A DNA stretch of 64,000 nucleotides from Lytechinus pictus (Eukaryota): the NCBI RefSeq assembly GCF_037042905.1, contig NC_087252.1:11286001-11350000 (forward strand), in the 5' to 3' direction. A program made the position numbers and the translations under genes. The notes under the pieces were generated by a model that saw only the letters and a program-made list of their open reading frames with translations, did not search any database and was not told where the DNA came from. Below, piece after piece: positions 12,901 through 24,800 of the stretch. Positions within the stretch are counted from its first letter, which is position 1, and every line of letters begins with the position of its first letter.

Positions 12901-14142
12901 TATGTTTCCATTTTCATTTTACTGGTCAATTGACCGGCATGTTTTCATTTTCATTATATACATTGAAATATATGGTCAATTGACCGGCATGTTTCCATTT
13001 TCATTATACACTGAAACATATATGGTCAATATTGACCGGCATGTTTCCATTTTCATTATACACTGAAACACATGCATAGCCAATTGACCGGCATGTTTCC
13101 ATTTTCATTATACACTGAAACATATAGTCAAATGACTGGCATGTTTGTTTCCATATTCATTATACACTGGTCAATTGACCGGCATGTTTCCAGTTTCACT
13201 GAAACATATAGTCAATTGACTGGCATGTTTCCATTTTCATTATACACTGAAATATATGTTAAACTGACCGGCATGTTTCCATTTTCATATAATACCGGTC
13301 AATTGACCGGCATGTTTCCATTTTCATTATACACTGAAACATATGTTAAACTGACCGGCATGTTTCCATTTTCATATTATACCGGTCAATTGACCGGCAT
13401 GTTTCCATTTTCATTATACACTAAAACATATGGTAAACTGACCGGCATGTTTCCATTTTCATATTATACCGGTCAATTGACCGGCATGTTTCCATTTTCA
13501 TTATACACTGAAACATATGGTTAACTGACCGGCATGTTTCAATTTTCATATTATACCGGTCAATTGACCGGCATGTTTCCATTTTCATATTATACTGATC
13601 AATTGACCGGCATGTTTCCATTTTCATATTATACTGATCAATATTGACCGACATGTTTCCATTTTTTATAATACTGTCCATTGACTGGCATGTTTCCATT
13701 TTCATTCCAGTGGACATTGTATAATGTAATGAAACACAATTAAGTGAAGACTCTTTAATAATGGGAGAATTAATAGACAGGAAAAAATAAAAGACCTTTT
13801 CTAAAACAAACAAATCACATGGAATGTAGCAATTATCATTATAATTTTAAGTTTGGAAAGAGAGTCAGTTAAATTAAGAGCTGTAAGAAACTTCTATCCT
13901 TCACATGCACACACAGCAACAGAATAAACCCATCCCTGATCGTTGTTATTGTAAGGTTAAAATCAATAAAACGACTGGGTATCTACTCTATGCCCACACT
14001 TCCAGTGAACATATGTACAGCACGCTGCGCATCGCACATACACGTACACACACGGAACACACAGACACGTACACCGCACTGTCTTAACTGACCAATCAGA
14101 GAACGGCTGAGAATGGAAACCCGTCGGTCGCTAGCCAGCAGT
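9951..14142. mobile_element. Foldback-like DNA transposon, 4192 bp, with >1-kb modular inverted arms
   Basis: Perfect 8-bp TSD GATATTTT (9943-9950, 14143-14150). A ~430-bp unique outer inverted repeat starts ACTGCTGGCTAGCGACCGACGG; inner arms (10376-11108, 12738-13705) are tandem AATGAAAATGGAAACATGCCGGTCA modules in opposite orientation. Confidence 0.93.
12025..12630. mobile_element. TTAA-type (Kolobok-like) hairpin MITE nested in the Foldback element
   Basis: TTAA|AGGGATGGTCC..GGCTG pairs with CAGCCCGGACCATCCCT, with long imperfect internal inverted repeats; the right TTAA is missing. Confidence 0.75.
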
Positions 14143-15799
14143 GATATTTTCGGCAATGCACCCCGACCTTTCGGGGCACCGTAGACCCCGTCTTCCTTTT
14201 CTGTGCACCAATGTTCACCCCTAGATCGATGGAGTGATTAATGAAGATCAATTTGCTTCATTTTCAAGACATAAAAAGGTGATTTCGATTAGCGGCGAAT
14301 TTATTACCAGCCCCCGGCCACTAAAGTGGAATAGTTGGAATACACGTACATAATATAGCACGCCATAACAGCTCGCGCGATATTTTCGGTAATGCACCCC
14401 GACCTTTCGGGGCACCGTAGACCCCGTCCCCCTTTTCTGTGCACCAATGTTCACCCCTAAATCGATGAAATGCCTAATAAAGATCAATTTCGCTGATTTT
14501 CAAGACATAAAAAGGTGATTTCGATTAGCGGCGAATTTATTACCAAACCAAAGTGGAATTGTTGGAATACACGTATATAATACATAGCATTTTCGTCCAT
14601 GCACCCCCTACCTTTCGGGGCATCGTAGACCCCGTCCCCCTTTTCTGTGCACCAATGTTCACCCCTAAATCGATGGAATGACTAATAAAGATCAATTTCG
14701 CTGATTTTCAAGACATAAAAAGGTGATTTTGATTAGCGGCAAATTTATTACCAGTGGTCCCCCGGCCACCAAAGTGGAATATTTGGAATACACGTACATA
14801 ATATAGCACGCCATAATAGCAGGCGCCGTATTTTCGTCAATGCACCCCCACCTTTCGGGGCATCGTAGACCCCGTCCCCCTTTTCTGTGCACCAATGTTC
14901 ACCCCTAGATCGATGGAATGATTAATGAAGATCAATTTGCTTCATTTTCAAGACATAAAAAGGTGATTTCGATTAGCGGCGAATTTATTAGCAAACCAAA
15001 GTGGAATTGTTGGAATACACGTATATAATACATAGCATTTTCGTCCATGCACCCCCTACCTTTCGGGGCATCGTAGACCCCGTCCCCCTTTTTTCTGCAC
15101 CAATGTTCACCCCTAAATCGATGGAATGACTAATAAAGATCAATTTCGCTGATTTTCAAGACATAAAAAGGTGATTTTGATTAGCGGCGAATTTATTACC
15201 AAACCAAAGTGGAATCGTTGGAATACACATAGCACGCGCTAGGTTTTTGGTCGACGCACCCCCCACCTCTCGGGGCATCGGAGACCCCGTCCCCCTTTTC
15301 TGTGCACCAATGTTCACCCCTAGATCGATGAAGTGATTAATAAATATCAATTTGGTTGATTTTCAAGACATAAAATGGTGATTTCGATTAGCGGCGAATT
15401 TATTTCCAAACCAAAGTGGAATTGTTGGAATACACATAGCACGCGCTAGGTGTTTGGTCGACGCACCCCCCCCCCCCCATCCACCTCTCGGGGCATCGGA
15501 GACCCTGTCCCCCTTTTCTGTGCACCAATGTTCACCCCTAGATCGATGGAGTGATTAATAAAGATCAATTTGGTTGATTTTCAAGAGATAAAATGCTGAT
15601 TTCGATTAGCAGCGAATTTATTACAAGCCGCCACCGAAGTAAAATAGTTGGAATTCACGTAACATAATAGCTATATTTTCGTCGATGCACCCCCTACGTT
15701 TCGGGCCATCGTAGACCCCGTCCCCCTTTTCTGAGCACCAATGTTCACCCCTAGATCGATGAAGTAATTTATAAAGATCAATTTGGTGGATTTTCAAGA

Positions 15800-18311
15800 G
15801 AAAAAAGAAATCATATTGATGGAAACATAATTACTGAACAAATGCAAAGCTTTTCACACAAAGAGGTCTTCGTTGTAAAGGATATGTTGCGCAAGACAGA
15901 AGAAAAAAAAACAGAGAGAGGGGATGACAAGAAAAAAAAAGAGACAGGACAGTACAAAACAACTATTTTTTAAAAAGTAGTAAAACTAAGAATGGGAAAG
16001 GGCTGACCATGAACCAGCTTGATCTGGTGAAATAACAAAAGATGATATAACTGGACAATATCAGATGAAAAAAGATAAAACAATAAAAGTGAAAAATGTA
16101 AGGATTATAATCAAGATAATGAAGTGTTAGTTCCGTTGCGAAGAATTATAGGGAATTAAGCAAAATAAGTTTGAGTTTGCGTTTGAATGAATTTAAGGAG
16201 ACACTGTCTTTCACATTATTAGCGAGTGAGTTCCAGAATTTAGGACAGTTGAATAGGAATGTATTTTTGGCCAGTAAAGTTCTGTAAAGTGGAATGTGAA
16301 GTTCGTCAGAGTGTCTCGTGGGGTAGTTATGATAAAATTGATATTAAGGGAACATGGCATCAAACATATGGGGAAGTGCATTATTATTATAACTATACAT
16401 GAAGTGCCCTAACTGTAGTAAATACAAGTCTTTGACTTTCAACAGTTTACTTTCTAGAAAAAGTGGGTCCGTATCAGTGGCGTAGCTACGGGGGGGGGGG
16501 GGGGCCTGGGGGCACGTGCCCCCCCTGAGATTTGGTGTTCCCCCCAGAAAAAAAATTGGCAGAGCAAAAAAAAAAAAGGAGAAAGAAGAAAAGAAAAAGG
16601 AAAAGAAGAAGAAAGACTGAAGAAAAAAGAAGAAGAGGAAAATAAGAGGAGGAAGACGAGTGAATGAAATAATGTGAGGGGAAGACTTGCAAAAAAAAAT
16701 CTTTCATGTTACTAAATATTTATTTTGCTAGCGCTTCGCGCCAGAATTGCCTGTTCGATGAGATTCATATCTTGCTAAATAGGCTGATATGGAGCTAGTT
16801 TTGAAGTCAATATACAAATCAAATTTTAGCTCGGACACCGAGCTTTCATTATTTTCTTCATTTACAAATTTAAGTGCTCTGTAAAATGTCCGTTTTATGG
16901 TCTACATAATTTTTAAGCTCACGCTGCGTGGTCACATTGTTTGATTTGCCAAGTTCATATTGTCTACGTGTATTCCATTATGTTCCATTAAACAAATGTG
17001 TTCAGAATGCCCAGATTCTAGGTCTAAATCTAAAACATGCGCGATAGCATGCATGTTCTTTATTTAAAATGTCAGTACTTAAATTATCCAGTTTCACATC
17101 AGAATAACAATAATTGTTTGCTCACGCTTCACGATCGCATTATTAATGATACCCAATTAACTATATCCTATTTATGATTACAAAATATGAATAGAGTGTC
17201 CTGCTTTTAGGTCTATAAAATATCATTTTTTTTCCTCTCGCGCTCCGCGCTCGCATCAATTGTTTAGTTACATACCTATCCCACTTATTAATACAAAAAG
17301 TGCTTAGAATGACAATTTTTTAGGTCGGAATGTCAAAAAAATATATACCGTCTTCGTGGGTAACTGTAAGCAGTCCTTAACAGGTCCCTTTTCGATAATG
17401 CTAGAACAGTTAATACAAATTTCTGCTCGTACTTGGCGTTCGCAGTAACCATCTAGTTACATACGAATCTTGTTCAGGATCACACATAACATTGCCCAGA
17501 ATATTAAATTTTCAGGACAAAATACATGAAAGCAAAAAAAAAATCGCCTCGCGCTTCGCGCTCGCACTTTTTATAAGGCGTATGAGATTATTTCATGTTT
17601 ATGTTGTTTTATAAGAATAAAACTAAGAAGTGACTAATCGGGGGAAAATATAGGTAAAGATAATTTCGGGCCCCGTCCCCTATTGGCGAAAGTTGGATCC
17701 GCCCTTGTGACACATACACACACACACCGGAAAAAATGGCCGGTGCCCCCCTGAAAAAGCAAGGACCACCCCCCAGTGCCCCCCCCCCCCCCCGGAAAAA
17801 CATCCTAGCTACGCCACTGGTCCGTATGAGAACGGAAACATGTACTATAAATAATACGAAGTGCTTTCTTTTGCAAAAGCAACAATTTATCTACTAAATA
17901 TTGATGGGTATCACCCCAAATAAGAATCCCATAGTTTAAATAAGGCAAGATTAAGGATCAGTAGAGCATGATTAATGATGTGGAGGGAATGCAAAATTTT
18001 AGCCTATTAATAATACCAATATTTCGTGAAATTAGTTTGGATATATTTTCAATATGATTTTTCAAAGAAAGTTTACTGTCAACTGTTATTCCAAGAAATT
18101 TGGTGTAAGGTACCATTTCCAATGGGGTATTATCAAACATAATGTTCATCGGTAACTTGTCTATGGAATTACTAAATAACATGTATTTTGTTTTGTTAAG
18201 GTTAAAAAATAATCGATTGGCTCTTATCCATTCAGTAACATTAATAAGTTCAGAATTAATATCATCAACTAAAGTTTGTGGATTCTGATGAGAAAAAAAT
18301 AAGGTAGAATT
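15800..18311 (-). pseudogene. 5'-truncated L2/Crack-group LINE (RT C-terminal part plus 3' UTR) with stop codons, split by a hAT MITE
   Basis: Minus strand reads STLFFSH..WIRANRL..NLNKTKYM..KFLGITVDSKL..LPYLNYG..LLQKKALRII, then past the insertion PLF..PKFWNSL..NSFKRKLK, ending near 16150. Confidence 0.9.
16475..17819. mobile_element. hAT-like non-autonomous element, 1345 bp
   Basis: TIR CAGTGGCGTAGCTA / TAGCTACGCCACTG with perfect 8-bp TSD GTCCGTAT (16467-16474, 17820-17827); internal GCGCTTCGCGCTCGC motifs recur. Confidence 0.93.
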
Positions 18312-18609
18312 ATGTCCACCCCTAGATCGATGAAGAGATTGATGAAGATCAATTTGGTTGATTTTCAAGACATGAAAAGTTGATTTTGACTAGCGGCGAA
18401 TTTATTACGAGCCCCAACCAAAGTAAAATAGTTGGAATCAGTGCCGTAACTACGGGGGGGGGGGGGGAGGAACGCAGTTGGAAATAAGAAACTCTTGTTC
18501 ATTATAAGGTAATATTATGTCATAATTATGGTATATTACATACAGGGGGGGGGCAGGGATACGTCCTTTGCATGTGCTGTGGCTCGTCATGTTCATCCCT
18601 AGATCGATG

Positions 18610-20124
18610 TAGTGGCGTACCTAGGATTTTCCACAGGGGGGGGGGGGTAAAACCGTCCGCCCAAAAATTTTACAAGCAAATAAAAAAAGGGTCTTCAAGC
18701 TCGTCAGGCCGGGGGGCAAAAAAAGTCTTTCAAGCTTGTTAGGGGGGCAGGGATACGTACTTTGCATGGGTTGTGACTCGTCAGGGGCGGCAGAGTGCCC
18801 CCTGCCCAGGACCAAAATCCAGTTGAAATCAATTAGAGCAAAACCAATTGAAACCAGTTGGCCAACTGGTTTCAATAGGGAAATTGGAACAACTGGAACC
18901 AATTGAAACCAGTTTCCAACTGGTTCCAATTAAAACCAATTGGGCAACTGGAACCAGTTGGCAATTGGTTTCAATTGGTTCCAGTTGAAACCAATTAAGC
19001 AACCAGTTGGCAACTGGTTTCAATTGGTTCCAGTTGTTCCAATTTCCCTATTAAAACCAGTTGAATCCAATTGGAGGTAACTGGTTTCAATTGGTTCCAG
19101 TTGAAACCAATTGGAGGCAACTGGTTTCAACTGGAACCAATTGAAACTAATTGGTTTCCAACTGGATCCAATTGGAACTTCCAGTTGGAATGACTTAATT
19201 AGTTACAAACTAATTAGATTTTGCACTAACTATTTCACATGCCAACAAAGAAGCAGTGCTATATGTCTATAATACCAATGTAAAGGGCATTGATAAATAG
19301 ACTTTCATAATGTATATATATTTACATGAAAGACCTTCAAATATATGTATTTGTATTTGATGTAATTTGGTAACAGTTAGTGGTTATTATCTTATAATCT
19401 GTTTTAATTATAATCTATAACATTTATGAACATGGTTTTCACTGGTAAGCATTCTGAACACTTATCTGAAACAAGTATGGTACTTGAAATAGAAAAGAAT
19501 TAAATAGATACATTTTAAATGATGATGAATCACATAAAAACATTAATCTGTGCACACTGGCAGATAATATGCAAATTAACTGGTTTCAATTGGAACCAGT
19601 TGGGTAACTGGAAAATTTCCAATTGGAAACCAATTGGAAGTCATTTCCAGTTACCCAACTGGATCCAGTTAGGATTTCCAGTTACCCAACTGGTTCCAGT
19701 TAGGATTTCCAGTTACCCAACTGGTTCCAGTTAGAAATCATTTCCAATTGAAAGTCATTTCCAGTTACCCAACTGGTTCCAGTTAGGATTTCCAGTTACC
19801 CAACTGGTTCCAGTTAGAAATCATTTCCAGTTGGAAGTCATTTCCAGTTACCCAACTGGTTCCAGTTAGAAATCATTTCCAGTTGGAAGTCATTTCCAGT
19901 TACCTAACTGGTTCCAGTTAGGATTTCCAGTTGCCCAACGGGTTCCAGTTAGGATTTCCAGTTGCCCAACTGGTTTCAATTGGTTTCAACTGGAAATTTT
20001 TATATTCCAGTTAAAACCAATTGAAACCAGTTGAAACCAATTGAAACCAGTTGGAAATCCAACTGGTTTCAATTGGATTTTGGTCCTGGGTGCCCCCCCC
20101 CCCCCTCCCGTAGGTACGCTAGTG
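18610..20124. mobile_element. hAT-like MITE inserted in a satellite monomer
   Basis: 8-bp TSD GATCGATG (18602-18609, 20125-20132); imperfect TIR TAGTGGCGTACCTA / TAGGTACGCTAGTG. Confidence 0.85.
18805..20090. mobile_element. EnSpm/CACTA-like (CCC..GGG, 2-bp TSD) non-autonomous element nested in the hAT MITE
   Basis: TIR CCCAGGACCAAAATCCA / TGGATTTTGGTCCTGGG flanked by TG on both sides; dense subterminal CCAGTTG/CCAATTG repeats. Confidence 0.88.
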
Positions 20125-20399
20125 GATCGATGGAGTGATTTATAAAGATCAATTTGGTTGATTTTCAAGACATAAAATGGTGATTTCGATTAGCGGCAAA
20201 TTTATTACCAAACCAAAGTGGAATTGTTGGAATACACGTAACATAATAACTATATTTTCGTAGATGCACCCCCTACGTTTCGGGCCATCTTAGACCCCGT
20301 CCCCCTTTTCTGTTCACCAATGTTCGCCTAGATCGATAAAATTTATTTATAAAGATTAATTTGGTGGATTTTCAAGACATAAAATGGTGATTTCGATGA

Positions 20400-21185
20400 C
20401 TTCTTAAAGTGATTGTCTCATTATAAGTTCTTCATACATAATATTTCCTGTTCGTGCTTACGTTCACATAAGTGGATTAGTGAGATATGTCTGCTCTTCA
20501 TGAAATCCGCGAATCAGTCCTTAAAATGCTTTCTGATCTGAATATCAAACATATTTAGCTTGCGCTTCGTGCTCGCATTCTGTGGTTAGTGAAATACATA
20601 TGGTCTTCGTGAATTCCTACAAACAAGCCTTAAATTCCCCACTGCAGGTCTGAATTTCCTAAAATTTCAGCTCGCGCTTCGCGCTCGCAATATTTGATTA
20701 GTGAGATGCGTTTGTCATGATTACAATGACTACAAGTGCTTCTGTGCTTGGGTGTAATTTTAACAAAATCAGCAAGCACTTGGCAATCGCATTAGATGAC
20801 TATGGTCAGACATGTATACCCTTAATGGATTACTAAAATGTAGTTTTTAAAATATCCCTGTTTGGGGTTGATGATTATATACAAAAATTACAGGTCGTGC
20901 TTTACGCTCGCATTGATTTGTTTAGCGAGACAGGTACGTATCATGACTACAAAAATTGGCTTATTATGTCTCATTTTTGGTCTGAATATAAAAAAATTTC
21001 AGCTCGCGCTTCACGCTTGGATTATTTGATCACTGAAATATATATATCCCTTTAGAGGCACTGTCCTTAAAATATCTCTATTAGGTCAGTATATCTGGCA
21101 ACTGAGCGCGCTTCGCGCGCTCACTATGTGCCTCGATTTTTTTTGCGGGTCCCCCCCTAGTGCCGTGACCCACGGTGCGGCACTG
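20400..21185. mobile_element. Truncated hAT-like element (one end only)
   Basis: Periodic GCTCGCGCTTCGCGCTCGC motifs as in 16475-17819; ends CCCACGGTGCGGCACTG; no matching left end or TSD. Confidence 0.6.
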
Positions 21186-21885
21186 AAATATACATAGCAC
21201 GTGATATGCATTCCATACGTTTGGGGGCATCTTAGACCCTGTCCCCTTTTTCTGTGCACCAATGTTCACCCCTAGATCGATAAAGAGATTAATGATGATC
21301 AATTTACTTTAAGTTATTTTTTAATTCATAGACGATCGCAAGGAGGGTACAGATGCAAATTTGAAAACATTTCTTTAGCTATTTTAATTTGATCGTTAAT
21401 TCTTTATACATGTTTAAACGAGATACCCATAAAATCGAATGCCAAGAATATTGAATTGAATTTGGCTATTGAAATGATGATCTCATAGGTCATTCAAATT
21501 AGTTGATGTGCATTATTACATCATTAAATCGGTTGATATATTAACGAAATTGGAGGGAAATCTATAAGAATAATAATAACAGTAACAATAATTAAAATTC
21601 AATAATCCGCTTTATATAGCGCTTCATACGGATGTCATGAGACTAATTACAGCAGGGTGCAAAAGATATTCGTTCGACCCAACCCATTCGATTTTCTATA
21701 ATTTGATATTCCTGATTGACAAAAGTGTATGAATATGGTTACAAATCTAACACTGATTCTAGAAATGGTAACTACTGAACTTCCTTTGCCCTAATTGGAA
21801 GATACATCAATGACTTTAAAACTATGTTTTAACGTGGCGGAAGAATTAGGGCTATTTTACTGTTTCAGATGATGAATTTGATATT

Positions 21886-24800
21886 TGTATTCCAACAATT
21901 CCACTTTGGTTTGGTAATAAATTCGCCGCTAATCGAAATCACCTTTTTATGTCTTGAAAATGAAGCAAATTGATCTTCATTAATCATTCCATCGATCTAG
22001 GGGTGAACATTGGTGCACAGAAAAGGGGGACGGGGTCTACGGTGCCCCGAAAGGTCGGGGTGCATTGCCGAAAATATCGCGCGAGCTGTTATGGCGTGCT
22101 ATATATTATGTACGTGTATTCCAACTATTCCACTTTGGTTTGGTAATAAATTCGCCGCTAATCGAAATCACCTTTTTATGTCTTGAAAATGAAGCAAATT
22201 GATCTTCATTAATCATTCCATCGATCTAGGGGTGAACATTGGTGCACAGAAAAGGGGGACGGGGTCTACGGTGCCCCGAAAGGTCGGGGTGCATTGCCGA
22301 AAATATCGCGCGAGCTGTTATGGCGTGCTATATATTATGTACGTGTATTCCAACTATTCCAGTTTGGTGGCCGGGGGCTGGTAATAAATTCGCCGCTAAT
22401 CGAAATCAACTTTTTATGTCTTGAAAATCAGCGAAATTGATCTTTATTAGGCATCCCATCGATTTAGGGGTGAACATTGGTGCACAGAAAAGGGGGACGG
22501 GGTCTACGGTGCCCCGAAAGGTCGGGGTGCATTGCCGAAAATATCGCGCGAGCTGTTATGGCGTGCTATATATTATGTACGTGTATTCCAACTATTCCAC
22601 TTTGGTGGCCGGGGGCTGGTAATAAATTCGCCGCTAATCGAAATCACCTTTTTATGTCTTGAAAATAAGCGAAATTGATCTTTATTAGTCATTCCATCGA
22701 TTTAGGGGTGAACATTGGTGCACAGAAAAGGGGGACGGGGTCTACGGTGCCCCGAAAGGTCGGGGTGCATTGCCGAAAATATCGCGCGAGCTGTTATGGC
22801 GTGCTATATATTATGTACGTGTATTCCAACTATTCCACTTTGGTGGCCGGGGGCTGGTAATAAATTCGCCGCTAATCGAAATCACCTTTTTATGTCTTGA
22901 AAATAGGCGAAATTGATCTTTATTAGTCATTCCATCGATTTAGGGGTGAACATTGGTGCACAGAAAAGGGGGACGGGGTCTACGATGCCCCGAAAGGTAG
23001 GGGGTGCATGGACGAAAATGCTATGTATTATATACGTGTATTCCAACAATTCCACTTTGGTTTGGTAATAAATTCGCCGCTAATCGAAATCACCTTTTTA
23101 TGTCTTGAAAATGAAGCAAATTGATCTTCATTAATCATTCCATCGATCTAGGGGTGAACATTGGTGCACAGAAAAGGGGGACGGGGTCTACGGTGCCCCG
23201 AAAGGTCGGGGTGCATTGCCGAAAATATCGCGCGAGCTGTTATGGCGTGCTATATATTATGTACGTGTATTCCAACTATTCCACTTTGGTTTGGTAATAA
23301 ATTCGCCGCTAATCGAAATCACCTTTTTATGTCTTGAAAATGAAGCAAATTGATCTTCATTAATCATTCCATCGATCTAGGGGTGAACATTGGTGCACAG
23401 AAAAGGGGGACGGGGTCTACGGTGCCCCGAAAGGTCGGGGTGCATTGCCGAAAATATCGCGCGAGCTGTTATGGCGTGCTATATATTATGTACGTGTATT
23501 CCAACTATTCCAGTTTGGTGGCCGGGGGCTGGTAATAAATTCGCCGCTAATCGAAATCAACTTTTTATGTCTTGAAAATCAGCGAAATTGATCTTTATTA
23601 GGCATCCCATCGATTTAGGGGTGAACATTGGTGCACAGAAAAGGGGGACGGGGTCTACGGTGCCCCGAAAGGTCGGGGTGCATTGCCGAAAATATCGCGC
23701 GAGCTGTTATGGCGTGCTATATATTATGTACGTGTATTCCAACTATTCCACTTTGGTGGCCGGGGGCTGGTAATAAATTCGCCGCTAATCGAAATCACCT
23801 TTTTATGTCTTGAAAATAAGCGAAATTGATCTTTATTAGTCATTCCATCGATTTAGGGGTGAACATTGGTGCACAGAAAAGGGGGACGGGGTCTACGGTG
23901 CCCCGAAAGGTCGGGGTGCATTGCCGAAAATATCGCGCGAGCTGTTATGGCGTGCTATATATTATGTACGTGTATTCCAACTATTCCACTTTGGTGGCCG
24001 GGGGCTGGTAATAAATTCGCCGCTAATCGAAATCACCTTTTTATGTCTTGAAAATAGGCGAAATTGATCTTTATTAGTCATTCCATCGATTTAGGGGTGA
24101 ACATTGGTGCACAGAAAAGGGGGACGGGGTCTACGATGCCCCGAAAGGTAGGGGGTGCATGGACGAAAATGCTATGTATTATATACGTGTATTCCAACAA
24201 TTCCACTTTGGTTTGGTAATAAATTCGCCGCTAATCGAAATCACCTTTTTATGTCTTGAAAATGAAGCAAATTGATCTTCATTAATCATTCCATCGATCT
24301 AGGGGTGAACATTGGTGCACAGAAAAGGGGGACGGGGTCTACGGTGCCCCGAAAGGTCGGGGTGCATTGCCGAAAATATCGCGCGAGCTGTTATGGCGTG
24401 CTATATATTATGTACGTGTATTCCAACTATTCCACTTTGGTTTGGTAATAAATTCGCCGCTAATCGAAATCACCTTTTTATGTCTTGAAAATGAAGCAAA
24501 TTGATCTTCATTAATCATTCCATCGATCTAGGGGTGAACATTGGTGCACAGAAAAGGGGGACGGGGTCTACGGTGCCCCGAAAGGTCGGGGTGCATTGCC
24601 GAAAATATCGCGCGAGCTGTTATGGCGTGCTATATATTATGTACGTGTATTCCAACTATTCCAGTTTGGTGGCCGGGGGCTGGTAATAAATTCGCCGCTA
24701 ATCGAAATCAACTTTTTATGTCTTGAAAATCAGCGAAATTGATCTTTATTAGGCATCCCATCGATTTAGGGGTGAACATTGGTGCACAGAAAAGGGGGAC

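Larger units (their letters stand above)
6400..21302 (-). repeat. Inverted, diverged block of the main satellite (monomers and 208+238 dimers) fragmented by TEs
   Basis: Reverse-complement monomers (GACCCCGTCCCCCTTTTCTGTGCACCAATGTTCACCCCTAGATCGATG) at 6400-7425, 9873-9950, 14143-15800, 18312-18438, 20125-20397 and ~21190-21302. Confidence 0.95.

Noticed and set aside
12839..13813. Repetitive-protein ORFs (QLTGMFPFSLYTET)
   Set aside because: Translation of Foldback arm modules; frames shift between modules.
21850..21886. Acceptor-like TTTTACTGTTTCAG|ATGATG just before the HOR start
   Set aside because: Only 17 nt precede the satellite and no other exon evidence supports a gene.
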